Assembly: GCA_047651235.1 (NCBI GenBank)
Contig: CP178758.1
Location: forward strand, 1,080,001-1,112,000
DNA length: 32,000 nucleotides
DNA from: Candidatus Electrothrix yaqonensis
GTDB lineage: Bacteria > Desulfobacterota > Desulfobulbia > Desulfobulbales > Desulfobulbaceae
Reading direction: 5' to 3'
The notes under the pieces are model-generated. The model was not told where the DNA came from. It made no database searches and saw only the letters and a program-made list of their open reading frames with translations. Below are positions 17,119 through 26,324 of this stretch, one piece after another (within the stretch, counting starts at the first letter, position 1; each line of letters opens with the position of its first letter). The translations under genes were made by a program, and so were the position numbers.

Positions 17119-17895
17119 GTGCACAAGGATATCCTGGTGCTGGAGGGCGATGAAGATGAAGGTTTGGAGCTGGATATCGAAGGCATCGGGGTGGAGAGGA
17201 ATCAGATCTACGTGATCGGGGCTCATTGTACGAAACAAAAAAAAGTAAAACCAACCAGAAGCCGGAAGAAAAACAGGAAACTGTTCCGGGACAGCAAAAT
17301 TGAAGAAGAATGGAACCGTGACTGGCTGTACCGGGTCGCGATTGATGCTGAGGGCCGCGAGGTTGACGAGCAGCGAATCACCCTGCGGGATATCATAAAG
17401 AACGATTCTGTCCTGAAAACTTTTGCCGGTATTCCGAGCAAGGAAAACGGCATCGATATTGAGGGTATAGCGGCAAAGGACGGCTGGCTTTACGTCGGGT
17501 TCCGAGAGAACTATGTGCCAGTCATGAAGCTGCAGTTCGATAAACCGGAGAAGAGCTACGAGCTGCTGTACGTGCAGTTGGGCGGGCGCGGTATCCGGGA
17601 TCTGGCTGCCGTGTCCGACGGTTTCCTGCTCCTGGCCGGGCCGGTGGGCGATGGTTCTGATTCCTACCAGCTGTACCACTGGAATGGCAGGGACGTCATT
17701 CCCGGAAGCGACGTCAAAGATGATGAGCAGGGAAAATTGCATCTGCTCGGTGAGATAACCCCGCCTTCGGCTGGCAAGGTTGAGGGTGTTACTGTGCTGG
17801 AGGAGCACGATTCCCGGTATGAACTGATTATCGCCTATGACGGCGCGCCGGACAAGGAGCACGTACTCCAGTATTTCCGGGCTGCACGGCCCTGA
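17119..17895 (+). CDS. hypothetical secreted protein (possibly DUF3616-like; family assignment uncertain)
   Basis: 258 codons from the first canonical start, a GTG. Features include SKENGIDIEGIAAKDGWLYVGFRE and GIRDLAAVSDGFLLLAGPVGDG. The same frame is open upstream to 17005 with no start codon. Confidence 0.7.
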   Translation: MHKDILVLEGDEDEGLELDIEGIGVERNQIYVIGAHCTKQKKVKPTRSRKKNRKLFRDSKIEEEWNRDWLYRVAIDAEGREVDEQRITLRDIIKNDSVLKTFAGIPSKENGIDIEGIAAKDGWLYVGFRENYVPVMKLQFDKPEKSYELLYVQLGGRGIRDLAAVSDGFLLLAGPVGDGSDSYQLYHWNGRDVIPGSDVKDDEQGKLHLLGEITPPSAGKVEGVTVLEEHDSRYELIIAYDGAPDKEHVLQYFRAARP

Positions 17896-17961
17896 AATTT
17901 TCTGCCCATTTCTGTTCGGAAGCACGGGATTTTTTAACTTGACCCACCACCGAAAAGAGCA

Positions 17962-18942
17962 ATGAGCTTTAACCGCACCATCGACTGCCCGATCATTGTC
18001 CTTGTCGGCCCCACCGCCGTGGGCAAGACCGCCCTTTCTCTGCATCTTGTCCGGCAGTTTGACTGCGAAATCATCAGCATGGATTCCATGCAGGTCTACC
18101 GGCACATGGATATCGGCACGGCCAAGCCGAGTCCGCAGGAGCAGGCCGAAGTTCCCCATCACCTCATCGATATTGCTGACCCGGATGAACAGTATGATGC
18201 GGCCCGCTTTGTCACGGATGCTTTGGCGGCAATAAAAAAAATCGCTGCCCGTGGCCGAACCGTGCTGCTCACCGGTGGCACCGGTCTGTACCTCAAGGCC
18301 CTGTTTGAGGGCCTGTTTGATGCCATGCCCGCAGACCGAGAAATTCGGGCGCAACTCCGCAAGCGGCTGGCGGAAGAGGGCAGGGCGGTGCTCCATGCTG
18401 AACTCTGCCGGATCGATCCTGCTGCCGGGGCACGGATTCACCCCAACGATACCCAGCGGCTTCTGCGCGGTCTGGAGATCTATCAGGCGTCAGGTAGAAC
18501 CTGGACCGAGCTAATCGCGGAACAGGAGGCGGAGCGCAGCAGGGCAGGGCGGAAGGAATTTACCAGGGTGTTTCAAGCTGCCCTGAACTGTGAACGGGAG
18601 GAGCTGTATCAGCGGATCGCCCGGCGCAGCAGCATGATGCTTGAACAGGGTCTGATCGAAGAGGTGGAGCGGCTGCGGGCAATGGGGTATGCCCCGGAAC
18701 TGCCGTCCATGCAGTCCATCGGCTACAAGCATGTCAACATGCTGCTCTCCGGGGAATGGAACCGGACGGAAATGCTGGAGTATCTGATTCGGGATACGAG
18801 ACGCTATGCCAAACGGCAGATGACGTGGTTTCGGAAAAATAAAGAGCTGCACTGGTTTGACCGGCAGGAGTACGGTCGGATTGCCGATGAGGCTGCTGCG
18901 CGGCTTTTTGTAGCAAGCAGAGGGAGCAGAGTAAAAGCGTAG
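17962..18942 (+). CDS. miaA: tRNA dimethylallyltransferase
   Basis: P-loop (IIVLVGPTAVGKTALS), then SMDSMQVYRHMDIGTAKP, HHLIDI and a C-terminal RRYAKRQMTWFR. Confidence 0.95.
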   Translation: MSFNRTIDCPIIVLVGPTAVGKTALSLHLVRQFDCEIISMDSMQVYRHMDIGTAKPSPQEQAEVPHHLIDIADPDEQYDAARFVTDALAAIKKIAARGRTVLLTGGTGLYLKALFEGLFDAMPADREIRAQLRKRLAEEGRAVLHAELCRIDPAAGARIHPNDTQRLLRGLEIYQASGRTWTELIAEQEAERSRAGRKEFTRVFQAALNCEREELYQRIARRSSMMLEQGLIEEVERLRAMGYAPELPSMQSIGYKHVNMLLSGEWNRTEMLEYLIRDTRRYAKRQMTWFRKNKELHWFDRQEYGRIADEAAARLFVASRGSRVKA

Positions 18943-19027
18943 AAAAACTGATACATCCAGCAGGCCACCCTTTGATGATAGGAGCCGGGAAGGAGGACAT
19001 GGTTCCGATCAGAACTGCTCTGTCCTT

Positions 19028-21400
19028 TTATTGTTCCTGAGCAAGTACACGGCGAAAGACAGAAAATATTTTGTCTGGATTATAAGGTTTTGTTACATAA
19101 TCATCCATACCTGCTTCAAGACACTTTTCCCGATCTCCTGACATAGCATGGGCGGTCATGGCGATGACAGGAGTTTTTGTCCCCTGCACAATCGCTTTCA
19201 CCCTCTGAAGCAATTCGTGATGTTCTTCTCCAAGGATTTCAGCACCTGCCTCGCACTGTCGAATGAGCCGTGTAGCTGTAAGGCCGTCCATTTTAGGCAT
19301 CTGAATATCCATCAGGATGATGTCAAAACGTTTATTGCTTATCCGCTTCAGTGCTTCAAGACCATTCTCAGCCGCAGATACTTTTATTCCCGCCTTTTCA
19401 AGTACAATCCGGGCCAGTTCTCGATTGAACTGATTGTCCTCGACAAGAAGGATTTCCAGTGTTGAAAGGTCAATAACAGGTTTTTCTTCAACCAACTGCG
19501 AGACAACTGATTCGGAAGAAGGTGCCATGCGGAAACTGGCGGTAAATAAAAAGGAACTTCCTTCTCCCGGAACGCTTTCAATCCAGATTCTGCCCCCCAT
19601 TAATTCAGATAATTTTTTGCAGATCGAAAGGCCAAGTCCTGTGCCGCCATATTTACGTGTGGTGCTGTTGTCAGCCTGTGCAAAATTTTCGAACACTTTG
19701 TCCTGTAATTCGAATGGGATGCCGATTCCGGTATCAATTACAGAGAACTTGACCATTACATCGGTGTCACTCTGCTTCATTGGCTCGGCTGAGATTTTTA
19801 TACTCCCTGTATGTGTAAATTTGACCGCATTACCAACTAAATTGATTAAAATCTGGCGCAAACGGTATTCATCACCGACAAGCTCAAGGTGCATAGCCGG
19901 TGATATTCTCAATGAAATGGATAATTCTTTCTCCTGAACCTTCAGCATGAATGTACTGACAATAGAATCCATCAAATTCTGCAGATTAAACGGTCGTTGA
20001 ATGAATTCTAACTGTCCGGCTTCGATCTTGGAAAGATCAAGAATATCATTAATCAGAGTGATAAGTGTCTCTCCTGATTCGTTTATAATATCAAGATAGT
20101 ATTTCTGATCAGGTTGCAGTTCTGTCCCTGAGAGTAATTTGCACATTCCGATTACTGCATTCATCGGTGTACGGATTTCGTGACTTATATTGGCAAGAAA
20201 CTCACTTTTTGCAATATTGGCCATTTCTGCTTTGATTTTAGCTTGAGCCAGATCGTTCTCTGTCTGTTTTTTTTCAGTAATATCCCTGATTGTGACGGCT
20301 GCACCGATTATTTTTTCTTTTTTTTGATCAAAACAGGGAGAATACTTAATATCCAAATAGGATTTTCCCTGTGGTAAATCAAACCATTCTGAATAGGATA
20401 CGTGTTCTCCATGAAACGCCTGGTCGAGCTTTTCCTTAATGGTGGAAACAAAAACTTCCGTACCTAAGAGTTCCGCAATATTTTTTCCTGTAATTTCATG
20501 TTTTTTTTTGAAAAACGCTTTGCAATATGCATCGTTCACAACCTTGTAAATGTACTCCCTATCGATAAAGGACATCATATCCTGAGTTGACGAGGCTATT
20601 TGTTTATATATTTTAAGGTGTTCCTCGGCCTGTTTACGATTAGTAATATCCTGACCAATGGCCAGCAGTCCATCTATTGCACCTTTATCATCTTTCAAAG
20701 TTGTATCGTGCCATTCAATGAAAATTTCATGGCCATCCTTTGCCAGAATAGGGTTTATATACCCTGCGGTCTGAATGTCTTTAATAGCCTCCTTGAAAAC
20801 TTCTTTGATTTTTTTCCAATCCTGATTCGGCAAAAAAGTTTCAAACCAATCTTTACCTATTACTTCTTCCAGTTTATAACCGCATATTTTTTCCATATAC
20901 GGATTAAAAGAATTGATGGTACCATCAGGATGTAAAACGAGGATTATGGCTTGAGCCGTATCGATCAGGCTTTTGCAGAACTTATGCTCATAGAAAAGCT
21001 TCTTTTCGACTTCTATTCGCCTCGTTACTTCCGCCAAAGTCAGAACTACTCCTTCCACTCTGCCGCCTTCACCTTTTACAGGGAACAAACTCCAGTTCCA
21101 GTACGTCACTCCTCGGTCAGGTTGATCAGGATACTCGAATGGCTTGGCCTCAACAAAATAAGGCTCGCCTGTTTCTACAACTCGCTGAAAAATCCATTCA
21201 TTTTCACGGTCAGGGTACAGGTCAAAGTGATTTTTTCCTGTGAAATAGGAAGGAGATTTTCCATCAGCATCAGCATATCGATTATTGACCCAAATAAAAT
21301 TGAATCTGCAGTCAAGATATGCTGCCGAGATGTACGTATTGTTCAATATATCCAGTAAAATCTGACTGGAAACATTTAGATCCCCTGTATTGTAACTCAT
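19028..21400 (-). CDS. hybrid sensor histidine kinase (multiple PAS, HisKA, HATPase_c, receiver)
   Basis: There are several PAS-like modules. The H-box is [18 protein letters not shown]. The N, G1 and G2 boxes are [17 protein letters not shown] and GGTGLGLSI. The C-terminal receiver reads [28 protein letters not shown]. Confidence 0.9.
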   Translation of the reverse strand: MSYNTGDLNVSSQILLDILNNTYISAAYLDCRFNFIWVNNRYADADGKSPSYFTGKNHFDLYPDRENEWIFQRVVETGEPYFVEAKPFEYPDQPDRGVTYWNWSLFPVKGEGGRVEGVVLTLAEVTRRIEVEKKLFYEHKFCKSLIDTAQAIILVLHPDGTINSFNPYMEKICGYKLEEVIGKDWFETFLPNQDWKKIKEVFKEAIKDIQTAGYINPILAKDGHEIFIEWHDTTLKDDKGAIDGLLAIGQDITNRKQAEEHLKIYKQIASSTQDMMSFIDREYIYKVVNDAYCKAFFKKKHEITGKNIAELLGTEVFVSTIKEKLDQAFHGEHVSYSEWFDLPQGKSYLDIKYSPCFDQKKEKIIGAAVTIRDITEKKQTENDLAQAKIKAEMANIAKSEFLANISHEIRTPMNAVIGMCKLLSGTELQPDQKYYLDIINESGETLITLINDILDLSKIEAGQLEFIQRPFNLQNLMDSIVSTFMLKVQEKELSISLRISPAMHLELVGDEYRLRQILINLVGNAVKFTHTGSIKISAEPMKQSDTDVMVKFSVIDTGIGIPFELQDKVFENFAQADNSTTRKYGGTGLGLSICKKLSELMGGRIWIESVPGEGSSFLFTASFRMAPSSESVVSQLVEEKPVIDLSTLEILLVEDNQFNRELARIVLEKAGIKVSAAENGLEALKRISNKRFDIILMDIQMPKMDGLTATRLIRQCEAGAEILGEEHHELLQRVKAIVQGTKTPVIAMTAHAMSGDREKCLEAGMDDYVTKPYNPDKIFSVFRRVLAQEQ

Positions 21401-21684
21401 TTTCTTTTCAGACTTTATTTTTTGAGTTATTATTGATCTTCAAGCATTAGATATGGAAGAGAGTAATATTTCCGCCAAATTAGAATTGGCCATGCTGAAT
21501 CAAAAAAGTCAATAAAAATCCTACACCATTTAGAAATGTTCCCCCGCCGGTATCACACCCCAAAATCAGACCGCGCAGTAACGGGACGTCTTGCAGGTAC
21601 TAATCCTGTTCAGTTTAACCGGCTAACAAATTGTCTTTGCAGGGTAAAATCTTCAGACTTTCGGGAAGTGCAGAGCAGATCCGT

Positions 21685-22689
21685 TATTTCTACTTTGTCA
21701 ACCATAACCTTTTGATCTATTTGTAAAAACTTCTTGCAATATCCGGATAAAGTTGTATCTTTCATTAGGAAGATTTTATCGCTTTTTGATCAAGCTAGCA
21801 CCTGATAACAGCTATCAAAAAAATACCCGTCAATCGCCCTGATTATAACTTTATTCTTTTTATGAACGCTCCCAGCCCCGAAAAAAGAAGTCCCCATGAC
21901 AAATTCTTTGAGTTGACCGGCATCGCCCGGCAACTTACGTCTTTTCACGAAAGATATCATCATTTTTTTAAGAGACATACGGTAAGTTTGTCAGATAAAG
22001 CATTCCAATACTTGAAAGGTTTATTCCAGGCTGACAAAAAAACATGGAACGTATGGAGGAAAAGGTTCCGGGCGTTAAATATGAGCCCCTCCAGTATTTT
22101 CTTTCCGAATCGAACTGGGATTGGCGTCCTGTAAACAACCAAGTAGCTAAAGATGCGGATAACATTTTTGGAGGAAAGGAAGATAGCGCTCTTTTTATTG
22201 ATGAATCCGGGATGCCCAAAAAGGGGAAGATGTCTGTCGGGGTTTCTCGTCAATGGTGCGGGCAGCTTGGTAAAACCGACAACTGTCAGGTAGCAGTGTT
22301 CGCGACTTTGGGATATGGCCGTTTTTCCACGCCAATCGACTATCGGCTGTATTTACCGAAAAGCTGGACGGATGACAAGGAACGTTGTCTTAAGGCTAAG
22401 GCTCGGGGATGGCTGGCTTGGCATCATCATATGACTATGGTCATGATGGCCATGTTGTTTATGGTCGAGCAACGATTATACCATCAAGTCGGTGTCCCGT
22501 TATTGAGTTGCGCTGATATAACAACATTACTCAAGTCAATTTTCCACGTCGAGATGTAAACGAAGATGAAGTTATAAGACAGCTTTGTCAACGGCATGAA
22601 AAGAGGCAAGCTTCGATTGATTTCGCATATGAGAAACAACGGAATTGCAAATTATTACCACAGCCTTTGTGAGTGCCAAAGTAGAAGTA
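21685..22689 (+). mobile_element. IS701-family-like insertion sequence, apparent internally deleted derivative, copy B (1005 bp)
   Basis: Full-length alignment to the reverse complement of 4301-5306 shows 16 substitutions plus one 1-nt indel by manual alignment. The terminal inverted repeats are the same. Confidence 0.85.
21862..22559 (+). pseudogene. IS701-like DDE transposase remnants (A7-joined frames, catalytic core apparently deleted, extra frameshift near 3' end)
   Basis: The architecture matches copy A. A 1-nt deletion relative to A (caattttcc against caattcttcc) ends the ORF early at ..LLKSIFHVEM. Confidence 0.8.
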
Positions 22690-22695
22690 AACTCC

Positions 22696-23721
22696 ATGAC
22701 TGCTGAACCGACAGCAAGGACCGTCGGTTTCAGACCCGGTGAGCGCAATGTGTTTTTTCACCTGCTCACGGCCTGCAACCTGTCCTGCCAGCATTGCTAT
22801 ATCAACCCTGGCCAGCACGGCACGGAAACCTTGCCTGCAGCAACCGCGCTCAGATGGCTGCGTCTGTTTGCCCGGCCTGAGCAGAAGAGCAACCTGATCC
22901 TGCTGGGCGGCGAGCCCACCCTGCATCCGGAGCTGGCCGCAATCATCCGGGCAGCCAAGTCCATGCGCTATGCCGTGACTGTGGATTCCAACGGCTACCT
23001 CTTTCATGATCTGCTGGAGCGGGTCACCCCGGCCGAGCTGGACTTCCTCAGCTTCAGCCTGGACGGGCCGGATGCGGCGACCAACGATCCCATCCGGGGG
23101 GACGGGGTTTTTGCCGTGTGCACGGACAACCTGAGCAAAGCCGTAGCGCTCGGCTTCCGGACCAGCCTGATCTACACGGTTTCATCGCGCAATATTGATC
23201 AGCTGCACCGGATGCCTGCTCTGCTGGCTGAACTCGGGGTGCAGCGCTTCTTTATCCAGGTCATCGGGCTGCGCGGAAAACCTGCGGCAGGCAAACCCGC
23301 TGACGGGGAACAGTGGCAGGTTGATCCGGCCCACTGGCTGGACGTTGTGCCGAAGGTTGCCCGGCAGGCGGCCCGCGCCGGTATCCATGTCACCTATCCC
23401 AAGGTCTTTCTTGATCCGGAGGATACATTTTCCTGTGCTGGCCGGGTGGCGGAGAATTACTTTATCTTTCCCAACGGCCGGGTATACCAATGTCCGCTTT
23501 GCGAAGACTACCCCATCCACAGTCTCTGCATTGAGCAGGGCCGGCTGGTCCAACGGAACGGCCTGAATGAGGACCGTTTTTTTGCTCTGGATATCGCGGA
23601 AGGATGTGTAATGAACAAGTTGCTGCAGCCCGACAATATCGAATATCTTGCTGACGGCAGGCCGAAGCATAGAATTTCCTGCTGTCTGCTAAAACAGGAA
23701 ATCATCCCGTCGGAGAAGTAA
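22696..23721 (+). CDS. radical SAM protein with Cys-rich (SPASM/twitch-like) C-terminal region
   Basis: CNLSCQHC (CX3CX2C at residues 27-34) and LLGGEPTLHP are present. The C-terminal cysteines are spaced C-x18-CPLC-x8-C, with further EGC and SCC. The ATG at 22696 is chosen because the ORF-track start at 22645 lies inside the IS. Confidence 0.85.
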   Translation: MTAEPTARTVGFRPGERNVFFHLLTACNLSCQHCYINPGQHGTETLPAATALRWLRLFARPEQKSNLILLGGEPTLHPELAAIIRAAKSMRYAVTVDSNGYLFHDLLERVTPAELDFLSFSLDGPDAATNDPIRGDGVFAVCTDNLSKAVALGFRTSLIYTVSSRNIDQLHRMPALLAELGVQRFFIQVIGLRGKPAAGKPADGEQWQVDPAHWLDVVPKVARQAARAGIHVTYPKVFLDPEDTFSCAGRVAENYFIFPNGRVYQCPLCEDYPIHSLCIEQGRLVQRNGLNEDRFFALDIAEGCVMNKLLQPDNIEYLADGRPKHRISCCLLKQEIIPSEK

Positions 23722-23723
23722 AG

Positions 23724-24983
23724 ATGCCTGAAATCCCCTCTGATTCCCCGGAAGATCTGCAGCAGATATATGCCCAAGCTGTTGCCGCCCATGAAAACGG
23801 CGATGTCGCCCTGGCTGCCGAACTGTACAGCCGGATTCTCGAACATTTTCCGGATGCCGATGTGGTGCTCTATAATCAGGGACTGGCCCTGTTTGCTCTG
23901 AACCGTTTTGCCGAAGCCGCAGTGGCATTTGCCGAAGCCGCGAAATTCCGCCCGGATGATCCGGACACCTGGTTCAATCTGGGCTTGGCATTGAAAGAGG
24001 AGCAGCGTTATGCTGCAGCAATCAATGCCTATCAGCAGGCGTCAGCACTTCAGCCGGAGGGCACGGACATCCTGTTCAATCTGGCCAACTGCTGCCGGGA
24101 AGGTGGAGAGCACGAACAGGCAGCCGAGTACTACAGCCGACTGCTTGCCCGTGCACCGAAACACGAAGCAGCCCTGAATAATTTTGCCTATCTCTGCCAT
24201 CTCCAGCAGGATTATACGCAGGCCGAAGAGCTGTATCAGCGGCTGCTCGCCCTGCGGCCCGGCCATCCCGGTGCCCTGCATATGCTGGCTGCGCTCAGGG
24301 GCACGGCAGAACAGACCCCGGAAAACGAATATGTCCGCGACCTGTTTGACCGGTACAGTGAGACCTTTGAGCAGAGTCTGGTCAACCGGCTGTACTACCG
24401 GGTGCCGGAGTTGCTGTTTGGGCTGGTGCAGCAATATACGCAGCAGGATAATCGGACGACCGGAAAGGAAATAGAGTCGCGATTTACCTGCTGCCTTGAT
24501 CTGGGTTGCGGCACAGGGCTTGCCGGAGAGATGTTCACTGCTCTCTGCAGCAGGCTGGTCGGAGTGGATCTGTCAGAAAAGATGCTTGCCAGGGCAGCAA
24601 AGAAAGGCGTGTATGAGCGGCTGGTCACGGAGGAGGCTGTGCAGTTTCTGGAAAATATGGAAAAAGAAGAGCAGCAGTACGATCTGCTGGTGGCCGCTGA
24701 TCTGCTCACCTATCTGGCTGATCTTGAACCGCTGCTGCGGGCTGCTTTTGCCCGGACCATTCCAAGCGGCCTGTTTGCCTTTTCCACGGAACACGGTGAG
24801 GAGCCGGGCTGGCAGGTACGCCCGACCGGACGTTTTGCCCATCATCCTGACTACGTTGCCGAAACAGCTGAACGTATCGGCTGGCAGGTCATCAGCTCTG
24901 AACAGGCGAAGCTGCGCAGGGAGGCGGATGCCTGGATACAGGGCGATCTTTTTCTCCTGACCAGACCGCTTCAGCCGGAATAA
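23724..24983 (+). CDS. TPR-repeat / class I SAM-dependent methyltransferase fusion (COG4976-like architecture)
   Basis: The N-terminal half has TPR-type repeats (..AELYSRILEHFPDADVVLYNQGLAL.., ..AINAYQQASALQPEG..). The C-terminal half has methyltransferase motif I (CLDLGCGTGLAG) and YDLLVAADLLTYL. The start lies 2 nt after the upstream stop. Confidence 0.85.
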   Translation: MPEIPSDSPEDLQQIYAQAVAAHENGDVALAAELYSRILEHFPDADVVLYNQGLALFALNRFAEAAVAFAEAAKFRPDDPDTWFNLGLALKEEQRYAAAINAYQQASALQPEGTDILFNLANCCREGGEHEQAAEYYSRLLARAPKHEAALNNFAYLCHLQQDYTQAEELYQRLLALRPGHPGALHMLAALRGTAEQTPENEYVRDLFDRYSETFEQSLVNRLYYRVPELLFGLVQQYTQQDNRTTGKEIESRFTCCLDLGCGTGLAGEMFTALCSRLVGVDLSEKMLARAAKKGVYERLVTEEAVQFLENMEKEEQQYDLLVAADLLTYLADLEPLLRAAFARTIPSGLFAFSTEHGEEPGWQVRPTGRFAHHPDYVAETAERIGWQVISSEQAKLRREADAWIQGDLFLLTRPLQPE

Positions 24984-24994
24984 CCTCTGTTCAT

Positions 24995-25027
24995 AAAAAA
25001 GGCACCTCCCGCTCAGCGGGAGATGCC
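24995..25027 (-). terminator. rho-independent terminator between convergent genes (best on minus strand, possibly bidirectional)
   Basis: The 12-bp stem GGCATCTCCCGC / GCGGGAGGTGCC has one mismatch or wobble and a 3-nt loop. It is followed by TTTTTT on the minus strand (24995-25000). Confidence 0.75.
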
Positions 25028-25061
25028 TTGCAATGATTATGAGATGTTGAAGGAGCCAGCT

Positions 25062-26324
25062 TTATTCAGCAGCCTCTCCAGAAGGAATAGCAGGTGCTGT
25101 TTCCTCGTCCTGCGCTGTTGACGCAGCATCCGCCTCTTCAGCAGCGGGTACCACTTCTTCCTCAGCGGCAGGTCCTCCCTCATCTACCTGAGTCTGTTCA
25201 GGTGATGCTGTATTCTCCACCGGCTCAACAACAGCCTCATCTTTCTGCTCCTCCTGCACAGGGGCAGCGTCCTCGTCATCAGGAAGCTCAGGAAGGACCG
25301 CCTGCTCTGCTTCCGGTTCAGGCAGAGCAGCTGCCGGAGTCTCTTGCTCTACCGCTGCTTCATCTTTCTCTTCCTCATAGCTGACCAGCAGCTTTTCCCG
25401 CTTCATGCCGGTCAGGTCTTCCACCTGCCACTTGCCGACCTTGAAGTACAAATCGCTGTCCGACATTTTGAGGACATAATGATCCTCCTGCTTGGCAAAG
25501 GCATAAGTTGCTGTGCTGTCATCCTGCTTGGTGACTGTAAATTGGACAGCCGGAGTCTCTTTGAACAGAGCAGCGGCCTTCTCCGGATCAAGCACGGACT
25601 GCACCGAAATGCCGGTGACCTTGTTCAGCAGCCTGTCCACGGCCTCCTTGTCTGTTTCGTCGGCAGAGATACCTTCCGGAAGCCAGACTGTCTCTGTTTT
25701 CTCCTCCCCGTCTTTCTCCTTTTTCTTCTCCTGCTTTGTCAGGGAGATATCAGCCAGAGCGACCGACTTCAGTTCATTCCGGTTCAGATCGGCCAGGGTG
25801 CGGTCCAGCCAGCTGTCCGCCTCAGGATCGATCTCATCGCTGCCCACCGGGATGGTGACCACCGCATCCTGTCCGGCAAGCCGGGCATGGCTGGTGCGGC
25901 GAAGTCCGGCCGAGGTACCGAGATAGAATTCAGCCGCAACCTTATCTCTCTGTTTCAGGACAACATGACGCTCAAACTCGTCCTCTGCCGTTTTAAACCG
26001 GGCAACAGCCTCTTTGCTGGTGGCCACGGCCAGTCCCTGTTTGGTCTTAGCCAGTTTGTCCAGCAGATCGCTGACCTGATTTTTCCCGGTCAGCGCGGCA
26101 AACGCGTCTGGCATGATCCAGCCCTTGTCGCCTTTGCTCAGGACCAACTTTTTATCCTCCGGGCCGCTGATCTCCACCGAGGTGATTTTATCGGGATCAA
26201 AGGACAAAAACGGTGCGTCAGGCGCTAAAGACTCCAGATTCGATGTGTTCCGCAGATGAACGGCAGCGGTCACCCCGATCTGGAGTACGAGCAGGACTGC
26301 GGCTGCATAGATAATTGTTTTCAT
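25062..26324 (-). CDS. DUF4340-like protein with acidic C-terminal tail
   Basis: The N-terminal anchor is MKTIIYAAAVLLVLQIGVTAAV. The DUF4340-type body includes ITSVEISGPEDKKLVLSKGDKGWIMPDAF. The low-complexity E/A/P-rich tail is about 100 aa. The ATG at 26324 overlaps the upstream stop (TAATG). Confidence 0.75.
   Translation of the reverse strand: MKTIIYAAAVLLVLQIGVTAAVHLRNTSNLESLAPDAPFLSFDPDKITSVEISGPEDKKLVLSKGDKGWIMPDAFAALTGKNQVSDLLDKLAKTKQGLAVATSKEAVARFKTAEDEFERHVVLKQRDKVAAEFYLGTSAGLRRTSHARLAGQDAVVTIPVGSDEIDPEADSWLDRTLADLNRNELKSVALADISLTKQEKKKEKDGEEKTETVWLPEGISADETDKEAVDRLLNKVTGISVQSVLDPEKAAALFKETPAVQFTVTKQDDSTATYAFAKQEDHYVLKMSDSDLYFKVGKWQVEDLTGMKREKLLVSYEEEKDEAAVEQETPAAALPEPEAEQAVLPELPDDEDAAPVQEEQKDEAVVEPVENTASPEQTQVDEGGPAAEEEVVPAAEEADAASTAQDEETAPAIPSGEAAE

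Noticed and set aside
17020-18441. 473-aa minus-strand ORF spanning the 17119-17895 gene and miaA
   Set aside because: It is antisense to two genes with clear family motifs. Its translation is low-complexity and Arg/Gly/Pro-rich, as expected for a spurious open frame in GC-rich DNA.
21560-21684. Simple A/B inversion model, with the missing 5' half of the peptidase or repeat gene next to the left end of copy B
   Set aside because: One frame is open here (PKSDRAVTGRLAGTNPVQFNRLTNCLCRVKSSDFREVQSRS), but it resembles neither a peptidase N-terminal half nor the 50-aa repeat. A single inversion therefore does not restore either gene.
4301-22689. Interpretation as a composite transposon carrying cargo
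   Set aside because: The interior consists of core housekeeping genes (radA, apgM, recD, ribH, nusB, miaA). The transposase appears to lack its catalytic core. An invertible or rearranged chromosomal segment is more plausible than a mobile cargo unit.
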